This document shows positions 1-9,638 of a DNA stretch of 64,000 bases, one piece after another; the stretch's first letter is position 1; each line of letters starts with the position of its first letter. A program made the position numbers and the translations under genes. The notes under the pieces were generated by a model. The model saw only the letters and a list, made by a program, of their open reading frames with translations. It had not been told where the DNA came from and did no database searches. The DNA lies in NCBI GenBank assembly GCA_963726745.1, contig CAVSDR010000003.1:896001-960000 (forward strand), read 5' to 3'. This stretch comes from an uncultured Verrucomicrobiae bacterium (GTDB lineage: Bacteria > Verrucomicrobiota > Verrucomicrobiia > Chthoniobacterales > UBA10450).

Positions 1-270
1 AGCGAAGAAACGTGGCCGCTGCAGGTGGACCTGGAGCGCCACGGGGTGCGCTTTCGCCTGGTCCACATCCCGCCGGCAAAACCACCGGCAGCGGTGGACG
101 TCCTCCTGCATGGGCACACGCATGTGCCCCGCGACGAGCGCGTGGGCTCGGTGCGTTTCCTGAATCCTGGCTGCGTCACCCGGCCGAACCGGGGCGCGCC
201 CGCCAGCGTGGCGCATCTCGAAGTTTCGGCAGACGGCCACGTCCGCTGGAACTTGGAGACGACTCGTTAG
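1..270 (+). CDS. Metallophosphoesterase, YfcE/MJ0936 family (5'-partial)
   Basis: Frame is open from base 1; LHGHTHVP and FLNPG motifs typical of the family; TAG stop lies inside the ACTCGTTAGGC motif. Confidence 0.8.
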   Translation, partial: SEETWPLQVDLERHGVRFRLVHIPPAKPPAAVDVLLHGHTHVPRDERVGSVRFLNPGCVTRPNRGAPASVAHLEVSADGHVRWNLETTR

Positions 271-294
271 GCCACGCGGCGTGCGAGCCTCGGC

Positions 295-543
295 TTAACC
301 GCGATCGGCCACCGCGGGATTCCGCGGAGCAGTCTTCGCGACCATGGGGGCCGGCGTGCTCTCGAGGTTGGCGGGCGCCGACGCTTTCGCGGTCATGCCC
401 GGGGTCACCACGGAACTGGAGACGAATTGCCAACCGGAGAAGGCGGTGCAGAGGACCACGAGCGCATAGATGCTGTGCTCGAAGATCGCCCGGCCCTTTT
501 CTTCGGCTTGAAGGAGGATGGAGTAGGTGTTTTTGCTTTTCAT
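295..543 (-). CDS. Small hypothetical single-TM protein
   Basis: ATG at 543 gives MKSKNTYSILLQAEEKGRAIFEHSIYALVVLCTAFSGWQF..., one hydrophobic helix followed by an Ala/Pro tail. Confidence 0.6.
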   Translation of the reverse strand: MKSKNTYSILLQAEEKGRAIFEHSIYALVVLCTAFSGWQFVSSSVVTPGMTAKASAPANLESTPAPMVAKTAPRNPAVADRG

Positions 544-715
544 TTTGTGTGGGTATTGAGCCCACCCATATCGCAGGGTCCGTGCCAGCCGACGTTTTAA
601 GCCGTAAAGCGTGCAAGTCCCGTAACTTACACGCGAGAATGATCTTACGTGCCCAACGGAAGCGTGGCAGCGCTGGGACGCGGCCGTTTCGTTTCCGGGA
701 CGCCCGCATTCGGGC

Positions 716-749
716 AAAAAAATAGCGGCAACCTTTCGGCCGCCGCTAT
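716..749 (-). terminator. Rho-independent terminator downstream of rplQ
   Basis: ATAGCGGC/GCCGCTAT stem followed by a T7 run on the minus strand. Confidence 0.8.
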
Positions 750-774
750 CTTATTTGAACGCTGAAAGCGCTGC

Positions 775-1290
775 CTATTCTTCCGACTTCTCGGCTTTCG
801 GCTCCTTCTTCTTGCGAGCAGGTTTCGCTTCGGTCTCCTTCGAGGCCTTTTCTGGCTTGGAAGGCGACTTGGCGGCTTTGGTTTTTTTCGCCGCGGTGGT
901 CTTCTCGTCGGTCTCCGCTTCGTCCGTGATCAGGGGCGCATCGACCCACTCGATCAAGGCCACGGGCGCGGAGTCGCTTTTGCGCTGGCCGAGCTTGATG
1001 ATGCGGGTGTAACCGCCGTTGCGCTCCGCCGCGCGGGGCGCGATGTCGCTGAATAATTTCTTAACCGCATCGGCCTGGCGCAGGGTCGCCAGCGCGGTGC
1101 GCCGCGCGTGCAGCGAACCTTTTTTGCCGAGCGTGACCATTTTCTCGGCCAACGGACGGACCGCCTTGGCCTTGGCCAGGGTGGTTTTGATCCGCTGGTG
1201 CTCGATCAAGCTGCAAACCTGATTGGCCAGCAGCGCTTTCCGATGCTCTGCCGTGCGGCCGAGCTTGACCGTTTTTTTCTGGTGTCTCAT
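775..1290 (-). CDS. rplQ: 50S ribosomal protein L17 with Lys/Glu/Ala-rich C-terminal extension
   Basis: [23 protein letters not shown]...IKTTLAKAK...[12 protein letters not shown]. Confidence 0.98.
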   Translation of the reverse strand: MRHQKKTVKLGRTAEHRKALLANQVCSLIEHQRIKTTLAKAKAVRPLAEKMVTLGKKGSLHARRTALATLRQADAVKKLFSDIAPRAAERNGGYTRIIKLGQRKSDSAPVALIEWVDAPLITDEAETDEKTTAAKKTKAAKSPSKPEKASKETEAKPARKKKEPKAEKSEE

Positions 1291-1320
1291 GAGATGATTC
1301 TTTTTCTTCCCTAACGAGTG

Positions 1321-2358
1321 CTATTCCCCGAGGTCGGCGCCATTGGCGCCATCGAGCGGGATGCCCATGGGCGTGTCGACCAAACCTGGATCGAATTTCA
1401 TCCCCAGGCCGAGGCCGAGCTGAAGCAGCTTGTCCTTGATTTCGTTGAGCGATTTCTTGCCGAAGTTGCGATACTTGAGCATCTCCGCTTCCGACTTCTG
1501 GGCCAGCTGGCCCACGGTCGTGATGTTGGCGTTGTTCAAGCAATTCGCCGCGCGGACGCTCAGCTCGATCTCGTTCACGCTCATGTTGAGCAGCTTCTTC
1601 AGCTTCATGTTCTCCTCGGAAACACCGGCCGGCGTTTCGTCGAATTCGATCACGTCTTCGTTGAAGTTCACGAAGACATCGAGGTGATGGCGCAGAATCG
1701 CGGAAGCCTGCAGGAGCGCGTCGTCGGGGGTGAGGCGGCCGTCCGTCCAGACTTCGAGGATGAGCTTGTCGTAATCGGTCCGCTGCCCGACACGGGTGTT
1801 CTCGACCGCGTATTTCACGCGCGTGACCGGCGAGAAAATGCTGTCAATCGGGATCAGGCCAATCGGCTGATCAGCGCGCTTGTTCTCATCGCCGGTGGCG
1901 AAACCGCGGCCGACGCGCACTTCGAGCTCGGCGTCGAACTTGTGCTTCTTGTCGATCGTGCAGATGAGTTGATCGGGGTTCAGGACCTCGAAGCCCTGCG
2001 CCAGCGTGATGTCGCCGGCAGTGACTTCGCCTTCCTTGTTCACCGTGAGGGCGAGCTTGCGGGGTTCGTGCTCGGCGGCTTTGAATTTCACGCGCTTCAG
2101 GTTGAGCACGATGTCGGTCACGTCCTCAACCACGCCCGGGAGGGTGGCAAATTCGTGCTCCGCACCGGTGATCTTGACCGCGGTAATGGCGGCGCCTTCG
2201 AGCGACGAAAGCAGGACGCGGCGCAGGCTGTTTCCGACCGTGTGGCCATAGCCGGCCTCGAAAGGTTCGGCGACAAACTTGGCGTAGGTTTCTGTGGCGC
2301 TGCTCTCCTCTTTGGTGAGCGTTTTCGGCATTTCAAACCGACCGTAACGTACTGGCAT
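1321..2358 (-). CDS. rpoA: DNA-directed RNA polymerase subunit alpha
   Basis: EPFEAGYGHTVGNSLRRVLLSS, DSIFSPV, RVGQRTDYDKL, alpha-CTD ELSVRAANCL/NFGKKSLNEI; GGAGG SD upstream of ATG at 2358. Confidence 0.98.
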   Translation of the reverse strand: MPVRYGRFEMPKTLTKEESSATETYAKFVAEPFEAGYGHTVGNSLRRVLLSSLEGAAITAVKITGAEHEFATLPGVVEDVTDIVLNLKRVKFKAAEHEPRKLALTVNKEGEVTAGDITLAQGFEVLNPDQLICTIDKKHKFDAELEVRVGRGFATGDENKRADQPIGLIPIDSIFSPVTRVKYAVENTRVGQRTDYDKLILEVWTDGRLTPDDALLQASAILRHHLDVFVNFNEDVIEFDETPAGVSEENMKLKKLLNMSVNEIELSVRAANCLNNANITTVGQLAQKSEAEMLKYRNFGKKSLNEIKDKLLQLGLGLGMKFDPGLVDTPMGIPLDGANGADLGE

Positions 2359-2369
2359 AACTGATGGTT

Positions 2370-2456
2370 CCTCCGCGCCGGGTTCCCCCTGGCGAGTGCG
2401 GTTTCCGTCTAGCAACGGAGCCCCAGGGACCTACGGCGCAACGTGTGACGACTCGC
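2370..2456 (-). promoter_or_regulatory. Putative structured 5' leader of rpoA
   Basis: Nested complementary segments 2375-80/2434-39, 2387-92/2423-28 and 2404-08/2415-19, abutting the SD at 2370-74. Confidence 0.45.
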
Positions 2457-2505
2457 TGCGGACGGGCAATGAACACGCTTTGGCCGGAATCGCAAGCGCC
2501 GCGCG

Positions 2506-2943
2506 CTAGCCTTCGACGACCGTGTTCGGAAGCTCGCCACGGAGCTCGTCCTTTGGCGGAAAATGCTGCGCGAGCAATTGCCCCACGCTCCCGATGCCCT
2601 CGATCAAGGCGTCGGTAAACGCTTCGCGTTGGAAATGCCCGCGCATCGTGGCCACAAGTTGCTGCCAAAATTCCTCGCCGCACTTCCGGTGAATCCCCTC
2701 GTCGCCGACCACGGCGAACTTCTGCGCGCGCGGCGCGACCAGGATGAGGACTGCGTTGCGCTCCCGGGTCGCGGTCATGCCGAGCTCGTGGAATTTCGCG
2801 GTCGCGAACTTCAGCGGATCGTCGGCTACTTTGCCGCGCTGCACGTAGACGCGGATCTCGCCGGAAGTGTTCGCCTCCGCTGCGGCGATCGCCGCCTCGA
2901 TCCGCCGGTGGTCCAGCCGAGCCATGAAATCATCGGTCTTCAT
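2506..2943 (-). CDS. TPM domain protein (short type)
   Basis: IEAAIAAAEANTSGEIRV...T.ERNAVLI...GDEGIH...ELPN. Confidence 0.88.
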   Translation of the reverse strand: MKTDDFMARLDHRRIEAAIAAAEANTSGEIRVYVQRGKVADDPLKFATAKFHELGMTATRERNAVLILVAPRAQKFAVVGDEGIHRKCGEEFWQQLVATMRGHFQREAFTDALIEGIGSVGQLLAQHFPPKDELRGELPNTVVEG

Positions 2944-2947
2944 TACC

Positions 2948-3727
2948 TTACCAGCTCGACCCTCCACCGCCGCCGCCGAATCCGCCACCGCCGCCGCTGA
3001 AGCCGCTAAACCCTCCGCCACCTCCGCCGCCGCTGGACCAGCCGCCGCCGCCGCCCCCGCCGCCAAGGAAAAACCCACCGGGAGCTCCCAGTAATCCGCC
3101 CCGACGCCGTCCGCGCGAGAGCTTGCCCATGATCACGAGGAAAATCATGAAGCCGATGAAGAGCACCAGGCACGACACGCCGCTCGAGGTGGTCCCGCCT
3201 TTTTCCCGCGACTCCGCCACGGTTTTGCCGCTGCCTTTGTATTCACCCTTCGCGGCCTTCATCATCAGCTCGATCCCAGTCGCGAGGCCGGCCTCGTAAT
3301 TCCCCTGCCGGAACTGCGGCTTGATGTGGCGCTCGGTAATGTCGAAGGCGGTCACGTCCGGGATCGCGCCCTCCAGCCCGTAGCCGACTTGGATGAACAT
3401 CTTCCGGTCGTCGATGAAGACGAAGAGGACCGCGCCGTTGCGCTTGTCTGCCTGCCCCACGCCCCAGGCTTGCGCGATTCGCTGGGTGTAGTCGGCGATG
3501 TCGGAAGCGCTCTGCATCTTCCGATAGACTGCGACCACGAGCTGGTTCGAGGTCTCGCGCTCGAATTGCGCGAGCTGCTCGTTAAAACGCAGCGCCGTGG
3601 CCGGGGAAACCACGCCGGCCAGATCGTTGAAGTAGCCAGCCGGCTTGGGCGGGATCGCCTCCTGCGCGCGCACCCCGCTTCCCGCGACGAGAAGGAGCGC
3701 GAAAATTAGCCGACGAATTGTCGCCAC
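2948..3727 (-). CDS. TPM domain protein, YgcG-like, Gly-rich C-terminus
   Basis: Signal peptide, WGVGQADKRNGAVL, IQVGYGLEGAIPD, TM helix, GGGGGFGGGGGGSSW end. Confidence 0.9.
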   Translation of the reverse strand: MATIRRLIFALLLVAGSGVRAQEAIPPKPAGYFNDLAGVVSPATALRFNEQLAQFERETSNQLVVAVYRKMQSASDIADYTQRIAQAWGVGQADKRNGAVLFVFIDDRKMFIQVGYGLEGAIPDVTAFDITERHIKPQFRQGNYEAGLATGIELMMKAAKGEYKGSGKTVAESREKGGTTSSGVSCLVLFIGFMIFLVIMGKLSRGRRRGGLLGAPGGFFLGGGGGGGGWSSGGGGGGGFSGFSGGGGGFGGGGGGSSW

Positions 3728-3730
3728 GGT

Positions 3731-4405
3731 CTACGGCGTGGCCGCGGGCGTGGCCACCGGGGCGACCGCGGGTGCAGCGGCCGGCGCGGGCGTATTCCCG
3801 AAGCTCCCGAAGTTCACCTTCGGCGCGGTCTCGGCCCCGGCCTGCGCGGCGAAGAACGGCCGCGGCTGGAAGCCAAACATCTTGTTCAAGAGGTTCGTGG
3901 GGAAGGTTCCCAGCGCAGTGTTGTACTGCTGGACCGCGCCGTTGAAATTATTTCGCTCGACCGAGATCCGGTTCTCCGTCCCCTCGAGCTGCGCCTGCAG
4001 ATTCTGGAAGGCTTCGGTCGCACGAAGCTGCGGATAGTTCTCGCTCACCACCAAAAGGCGCGAGAGCGCGTTGCTCAATTGCCCCTGCGCTTGCTGGAAC
4101 TCCGCCAGCTTGGCCGCGTCCTTCGGCGCATTGTTCGGGTCGAGATTCACCCGGCCGACGCTGGCACGCGCATCGGTCACTTCCGTCAGGGTCGACTTCT
4201 CGAAGTTGGCCGCGCCCTGCACCGTGCTCACGAGATTCGGGATCAAATCCGCGCGCCGCTGGTAGACCGACTGCACGTCGGCCCACTTCTTGTTCACGTT
4301 CTGCTCCAGGCTAACGAGTCGATTGTAGCTCCCGCAGCCAGTCAGGGAAAAAATGAGCGTGAGCGCAAAGAGCGCGCTCGCGAGTTTGGAAGCAGTGGTC
4401 TTCAT
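3731..4405 (-). CDS. lemA: LemA family protein
   Basis: YQRRADLIPNLV, ENYPQLRA, LEGTENRISVER; canonical LemA-TPM-TPM cluster. Confidence 0.93.
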   Translation of the reverse strand: MKTTASKLASALFALTLIFSLTGCGSYNRLVSLEQNVNKKWADVQSVYQRRADLIPNLVSTVQGAANFEKSTLTEVTDARASVGRVNLDPNNAPKDAAKLAEFQQAQGQLSNALSRLLVVSENYPQLRATEAFQNLQAQLEGTENRISVERNNFNGAVQQYNTALGTFPTNLLNKMFGFQPRPFFAAQAGAETAPKVNFGSFGNTPAPAAAPAVAPVATPAATP

Positions 4406-4437
4406 CGTCCGAGAGTCTCCGCTCCGGACCCGGCAAG

Positions 4438-5510
4438 TCAATCCGCGCGCGGACGAACCTCCACCCGCATCGGCAGCCAATGATTCACCATGTAGGTGCC
4501 GTATTCGGCCACGCGTCCCGGCGGCTGGGTGCGCCCGGCCGCGTCAGTCGCGCGCGCCATCAGGACCACGTTCCCGTGCTCCGCCGGCACCTGCCATGGG
4601 CACTCCCAAAAACGCCAGCCAAACGGCGCCGTCTCGCCGGTTAATTCCGCCAGCGGTCCAGCTTTGCCCGCCATCGCTGCTGAACTCCACCTTGCGTCAC
4701 CGGACTCTCGCCGCTCCAGGCCGCGCCGCGCACGGTGTAGCTGCTGCCGGCGTCCACCACCTCGCCAAACTTCGGCTGCGCGATCTGCGCTTTGACCGCG
4801 ATCTCGCTCAGAGGCGTGAGGTCCGGATGATCGCCGCGACGTTCCCAGTAGGCGTAATCAAAGGTCTGGAAGTAGCCGTGGAAGGGCCGCGCCGTGACCA
4901 CGAGGCGCCGAAGCCATTTCACCGAGGCCATGCCGAACCATCCCGGCACGACCGCGCGCAGCGGAAACCCATGCGGCGGCGTCAGCGGTTCGCCATTCAT
5001 CTCCAACGCCAGGAGCGTGTCGCCCATTGCTTTCGCCAGCGGCAGGCTGCGCGTGTAGTGGAAATCGGTCGGCGGCCTTGGCGGTTCGGCGACATTCCCG
5101 CGATCGGCACCCTCCAGGATCACCTCGACCGCGCCCGGCTTGACGCCCGCTTTCTCAAGCACGTCGCGCAGGAGCACGCCGGTCCAGCGCGCGTTCCCGA
5201 CCGCGCCGATGTCCCATTGCACGCCCTTCACCTTCGGCTCGAGATGCGAGCGGCCGTTGCCGGCACATTCCATCGTCGCGATCACCGTGTGCTGCGGCAA
5301 CGCGCGCAATTCCTCGAGGGAAAACGCGAGCTCGCGCTCGACCTCGCCCGCGATCTGGAGGCGGAAGCTTGCCGCCTCCACCTCCGGCACCGGGAAGTGG
5401 CAGCGGATGTAAAAGCGGTCGTTCGGCGTGATCCAATCCTCCAGGGTGGAGAACGGCATCTCGAGGTTCAGCGGCTCCTTGCTGCGGGTGATCAATTCCG
5501 GTTTCGTCAT
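4438..5510 (-). CDS. Sulfite oxidase family molybdopterin oxidoreductase (frameshift near 4690)
   Basis: FYIRCH, ECAGNGR, HGFPLRAVVPGWFGMASVKWL; the dimerisation domain continues in ORF 4438..4674. Confidence 0.85.
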
Positions 5511-5524
5511 AGTTGTCGCGCGCT

Positions 5525-6046
5525 TCAATGCGCCGGCAGTTCCGCGCGGCGTTTCTGGTCGAGCAAAAGGCCCCAGAGCCCATTGTAAGGATGCACCTGT
5601 GCGACCTCGTGGCCCTCGCGAAAAACCGGTCGCCCTTCATTGGCCCACTGGAAGATCGAGCCTTCGAGATTGCGCACCTTCGTGAAGCCGGCCGCGCGCA
5701 GGCGCTGCGCCAGCGCCGCGGAACGATAGCCGACCGAACAGTAGGTCACGATCGCGCGCTCCTTCGGCGCGGTGACCGCCGAAGCTGGAGCTGCGGGATC
5801 GATCCGCTCCGCGCCGCGCAGATGGCTCACGGCAAATTCCTCCGGCGTGCGCACGTCGAGTAGCAAGGGACGGCGCGCTTCCGTTGCCGTCATCTCGCCG
5901 GCTAATTCCGCAGTCGTGATCCGAGGAACTTCGGGAAACTCGCGGCGAATCTTCCCGTTCACCAGTTTCCAGCCGAGGCCCGCTTGGGAATGGGCGCAGG
6001 CCGGCAGCAAACTCATGCAGAGAAGAATCGCGAAGCTCCGTTTCAT
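5525..6046 (-). CDS. Rhodanese-like domain protein, exported
   Basis: LLDVRTPEEFAVSHL, YCSVGYRS, NLEGSIFQW; N-terminal signal. Confidence 0.88.
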   Translation of the reverse strand: MKRSFAILLCMSLLPACAHSQAGLGWKLVNGKIRREFPEVPRITTAELAGEMTATEARRPLLLDVRTPEEFAVSHLRGAERIDPAAPASAVTAPKERAIVTYCSVGYRSAALAQRLRAAGFTKVRNLEGSIFQWANEGRPVFREGHEVAQVHPYNGLWGLLLDQKRRAELPAH

Positions 6047-6137
6047 CGGCCGTGAGAGTCTAACGATCGCGGCGCCGCTGTCACCCGGCGATCAACTTGC
6101 CAAGTCCGCGGGGGCAACGCATAGTCCCGATCGTTTC

Positions 6138-6212
6138 GCGCGGTTAGCTCAGTGGTAGAGCACCTCCCTGACACGGAGGGGGTCACAGGTTCGAAACCTG
6201 TATCGCGCACCA
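6138..6212 (+). tRNA. tRNA-Val(GAC)
   Basis: GCGCGGT/ATCGCGC acceptor stem, TAGCTCAGTGGTAGAGC D arm, CCTCC-CTGACAC-GGAGG anticodon arm, GGTTCGAA T loop, encoded CCA. Confidence 0.97.
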
Positions 6213-6229
6213 TCTCTTTCCCCTCCTGC

Positions 6230-6811
6230 ATGGCTGAACACTCGAGCATTCTGCAGGCAGCGATCGACTCCGCCCGGGAAACGCTCGAGACCCTCGCGGT
6301 CTTGGCGGAGCCGATGGACCGCGCAGCCGCCGCAGTCGAGCGTTGCCTCACCTCGGGGCACAAAATTCTCCTCTGCGGCAATGGCGGAAGCGCGGCTGAT
6401 GCGGCCCATTTTGCGACCGAGTTCGTCATCCGTTTCGTCAATGACCGGCCGGCTTACCCGGCCCTCTGCCTAACGAGCGATGGCGGCACGCTCACGGCCG
6501 GCGGGAACGATTACGGCTTCGACGAAATCTTCGCGCGCCAGGTCGCGGCTTTTGGGCAAACCGGCGACGTCCTCATCGCCCTCAGCACCAGCGGGAATTC
6601 GCGCAACATCGTGCGTGCGCTCGAGGAAGCGAAAGCGCGCGGAGTGCAGACGATCGCGCTTCTCGGCCGTGATGGCGGGAAGACGCGCGGCTTGGCCGAG
6701 ATCGAGTTCCTGGTCGCGGGCCAGGCGACCGCGCGCATCCAGGAAGCGCACATGTTTCTCCTCCACGTCCTTTGCGAGGAGATGGAAGTGCGGCTGGCGG
6801 CCGCTCGTTAG
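6230..6811 (+). CDS. gmhA: Phosphoheptose (D-sedoheptulose-7-P) isomerase
   Basis: CGNGGSAADAAH, GNDYGFDEIFARQV, STSGNS, TARIQEAH. Confidence 0.93.
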   Translation: MAEHSSILQAAIDSARETLETLAVLAEPMDRAAAAVERCLTSGHKILLCGNGGSAADAAHFATEFVIRFVNDRPAYPALCLTSDGGTLTAGGNDYGFDEIFARQVAAFGQTGDVLIALSTSGNSRNIVRALEEAKARGVQTIALLGRDGGKTRGLAEIEFLVAGQATARIQEAHMFLLHVLCEEMEVRLAAAR

Positions 6812-7734
6812 GCGAGCGGCGGCAGGTGGATGGTCGCGAGCATGCAGCGCGCGCTCCCGCCGGCGAGTTCAATCGTCGGCAGATCCAATGGCACCGGCCG
6901 CGCGAAACGCTCGATCGTTTTCCGCTGCTCCGGCGCGAGCGCGGCGAGTGCGCGCGCTGAAAGCACGCAGAGCTTTTCGCCCGCGGCGTTCTCCAGCTCG
7001 AGCGCGTTGCCGGCAAATTCACCGATCTGGGCCGCGCTCAGCGCGAGCACTTCCTTGCCGGTCGACTCGAGTAAATTCTGCACGCCGATGCGCTCCGCTT
7101 CATCGGCGATGAGCGCCGTGCCCAAGAGCGCGAACTCCGTCCCGACACACATCACCACGTTGGTGTGATAAACCGCGCGGCCATCCGGGCTCGCGCTGTG
7201 AAATTTCACCGCCTCGTAGCCGAAGTCGGCGCAAAAACGCTCCAGCACGTCGGGATGCGTCCGCTGCGAAAGCGAGGCGTAAGCCAGCTTATTTTCGTGG
7301 TCGAGCACCAGGCTGCCGGTGCCTTCGAGGCATTGGCCCTGCGCCTCGCACGCGGAATAGTCGACCACTTCCGCAACGCGATAATGCTTTCGCAATTCGT
7401 CGATCACCTCGGTCCGCCGCTCCCGCCGGCGCGCCGGCGAAGCCATCGGATAAAGCGCGACTCGCCCGTCGTGATGTGTCGAGAACCAGTTGTTCGGGAA
7501 AACCGCGTCCGGCTTCTCCGGCGCCGCCGAATCTTCGACCACGTGCACGGTCACGCCAGCGGCGCGCAATGTCTCCACCGCGGCATCGAACTCGCGCTGC
7601 GCCGCAAGAGAAAGAGCCGGCAACTCGCCCGCGGCGACCGCGCGCTGGAAGGCATTGTCGGCCGCTGTTTCGGGGTTCGGATAAAATCGGTGCGGCCGGA
7701 TCATCAGGACTGCGCGGGCGCTTTGTTCGCTCAT
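6808..7734 (-). CDS. Amidinotransferase / CtlX-like citrulline utilization hydrolase
   Basis: MIRP, NPETAADNAFQ, PDAVFPNNWFS, LEGTGS, YHTNV, GGSARCM. Confidence 0.88.
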   Translation of the reverse strand: MSEQSARAVLMIRPHRFYPNPETAADNAFQRAVAAGELPALSLAAQREFDAAVETLRAAGVTVHVVEDSAAPEKPDAVFPNNWFSTHHDGRVALYPMASPARRRERRTEVIDELRKHYRVAEVVDYSACEAQGQCLEGTGSLVLDHENKLAYASLSQRTHPDVLERFCADFGYEAVKFHSASPDGRAVYHTNVVMCVGTEFALLGTALIADEAERIGVQNLLESTGKEVLALSAAQIGEFAGNALELENAAGEKLCVLSARALAALAPEQRKTIERFARPVPLDLPTIELAGGSARCMLATIHLPPLA

Positions 7735-7746
7735 AAGGGAAAGAAT

Positions 7747-9450
7747 TTAGACAGCAACTTGTTCTGGCCGGCTGGCACCATGCCGCCAAATCGCGAGCGC
7801 GACAAAGAGCAGATCGAGCACGACAAAGCCAGCGACGTAAGCCTCGCCGCCCGCGCCGAAGCCGTAACTGTGCAGCCCTTTGCCCAGGAGAAAATTCACT
7901 CCATACCAAGCCATCAACACCGCGAGAAAACAGATCACGCTCGCGACCACCAGGCCGAAGTCCGCCCACCAACCCGCCAGCCGTCCATGCAGCGCGACGA
8001 GATAAGAAAGGAGCGCCAGCAGCGCCCACGTCTCCTTCGGATCCCAACCCCAAAACCGCCCCCAGGAATAGTTCGCCCAAACGCCGCCGAGGATCGTCCC
8101 CGCAGCCAGCAGAAGCACGCCGAGCTGGAGCACGCGACGAAGCCGCAGAGCCAACGCTGGGTCCACCGGCGCCCGCAGCGCGCGCCAGAGCAGGATGTGC
8201 CCGAGACCCAGCGCAAGCGCGAAGGCCGCGTAGCTCAGCGTGATCGTGAGCACATGGATCGTGAGCCAGAAATTATCGCGCAAGACCGGCACCAGCGGAT
8301 CGATGCTCGCCGATAGCGCGACCGGCATTTGGTGCACCAAAAGCAGCGCCACCAGTGCGATCGGCAAGGCCGCGAAGAGGTAGACGAGCGCGCGCGTGCG
8401 CAGGAAAAAAATCATCCCAAAAAGGGCGACCGCGAACGAAACCCAAATGATCGACTCATACATATTCGTCACCGGCGGCCGCCCCGCGACCAGGCAGCGG
8501 AGGACGATCGCGGTGCCGTGAAAGAGCAGCCCGCCGAGCGCGAAACCGACGGCTAAATTTCGCAGGACGCTGCTCCCGCGCATGAAGGCCGCGAAGGCAA
8601 AGAGCAAGAGCGCGAGCCCATACGCCCAAGCCGCGCGGTAAAACCCATCGAAGTCGTGATACCGCACCTCGAGCTTGAGCTGGCGCTCCGTCGGGTAAAT
8701 CGCCGGGCTGAGCGCGCGCAAAGCGCTACGCAATTCCGCCGCGCTGCGTGCAAACTGCGACCGGTCGCCCTGGAGATAACCGAAGGCGAGCGCCTGTAGC
8801 GCGGTCTCCGCGCCGGCGAATTGCTCCGCGGAATAATATTCGCCAAAGGCCGGCGGCACGACCCACGGATCGGTCACGTTCTGCGCCGCGGGCACGATCA
8901 AGAGCGCGCTTCCGTCGAGGATGCGGTTGAGCAGGGTCAGCCGCGCGCTCACCAGGCTCACCTCGGTCTGCAAGCGGTTCAGCGGCTGCTCGGCGCGCTG
9001 GAGCGCGTGCACTTCCGCCGCCAGCTTCTGCAATTCCGCGGAGCCGCTCAGTTCGGTGAAGGAGAAGCGGCGCTGCGACTTCGGCAGCCCCAGCCGCTCG
9101 ACCAACTCGCCTAACGAAACCAAAACCAGCGGTTCGTTTTTCCAATTCCGCGTTTCCAGCAGCGCCGAAAGGAGAAAATCGTTCGCGCTCCAGCGCCTCC
9201 CGCCGGTCAGGCGATAGGTCGAGCGGCCGCTAATTTTAGTCAGCGCCTCGCGCGCGAAAGTGTCGACTGGTTTCCGCCGGCCGCCCTCCTGGATCGCCAG
9301 CATGCGCCACTGCGAAAAATCGAGTCCGCCCGTCTCGGGCACGGGTCGCGGCGCCGTTTGGCCGAAGGCCGGGAGCGCGAGCGCCACCAGGAGCGCGAGG
9401 AAAAGCGGATGCAAAGTCCGGGAATCTAGCGCCCGGCGCCGCGTCGCCAA
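7747..9450 (-). CDS. ccsA: Cytochrome c biogenesis protein CcsA (system II) with N-terminal periplasmic domain; start uncertain
   Basis: GRPPVTNMYES, LVPVLRDNFWLTIHV, WWD domain GGVWANYSWGRFWGWDPKETW, GLHSYG. Confidence 0.9.
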   Translation of the reverse strand: MATRRRALDSRTLHPLFLALLVALALPAFGQTAPRPVPETGGLDFSQWRMLAIQEGGRRKPVDTFAREALTKISGRSTYRLTGGRRWSANDFLLSALLETRNWKNEPLVLVSLGELVERLGLPKSQRRFSFTELSGSAELQKLAAEVHALQRAEQPLNRLQTEVSLVSARLTLLNRILDGSALLIVPAAQNVTDPWVVPPAFGEYYSAEQFAGAETALQALAFGYLQGDRSQFARSAAELRSALRALSPAIYPTERQLKLEVRYHDFDGFYRAAWAYGLALLLFAFAAFMRGSSVLRNLAVGFALGGLLFHGTAIVLRCLVAGRPPVTNMYESIIWVSFAVALFGMIFFLRTRALVYLFAALPIALVALLLVHQMPVALSASIDPLVPVLRDNFWLTIHVLTITLSYAAFALALGLGHILLWRALRAPVDPALALRLRRVLQLGVLLLAAGTILGGVWANYSWGRFWGWDPKETWALLALLSYLVALHGRLAGWWADFGLVVASVICFLAVLMAWYGVNFLLGKGLHSYGFGAGGEAYVAGFVVLDLLFVALAIWRHGASRPEQVAV

Positions 9451-9638
9451 ATCGCATCAGCGCGCGTATTTTTGCTGGTTCACTTCCTGTCCCGGCGCGG
9501 GCCGTGGCCGAATCGCTTTCACGTGAGAGTCAACCAGAACGCCTCGCTCGTGGTCGTGAGCTTTCGCGATCAGCAGCAGCGCCGGATAGAAGCATGGCGC
9601 ACGCTGGAGGCAGCGGCGGATCGCCTCAACTGCGCGGC

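Noticed and set aside
2948..3080. GCC/CCG-rich tandem repeats
   Set aside because: Encode the normal Gly-rich tail of the TPM protein
6152..6229. N-terminal extension of gmhA in the ORF track
   Set aside because: Overlaps the tRNA; the real start is the ATG at 6230
6138..6230. tRNA-Val as an integration site for an island
   Set aside because: No integrase nearby, no duplicated tRNA 3' end noticed, and gmhA starts 17 nt downstream
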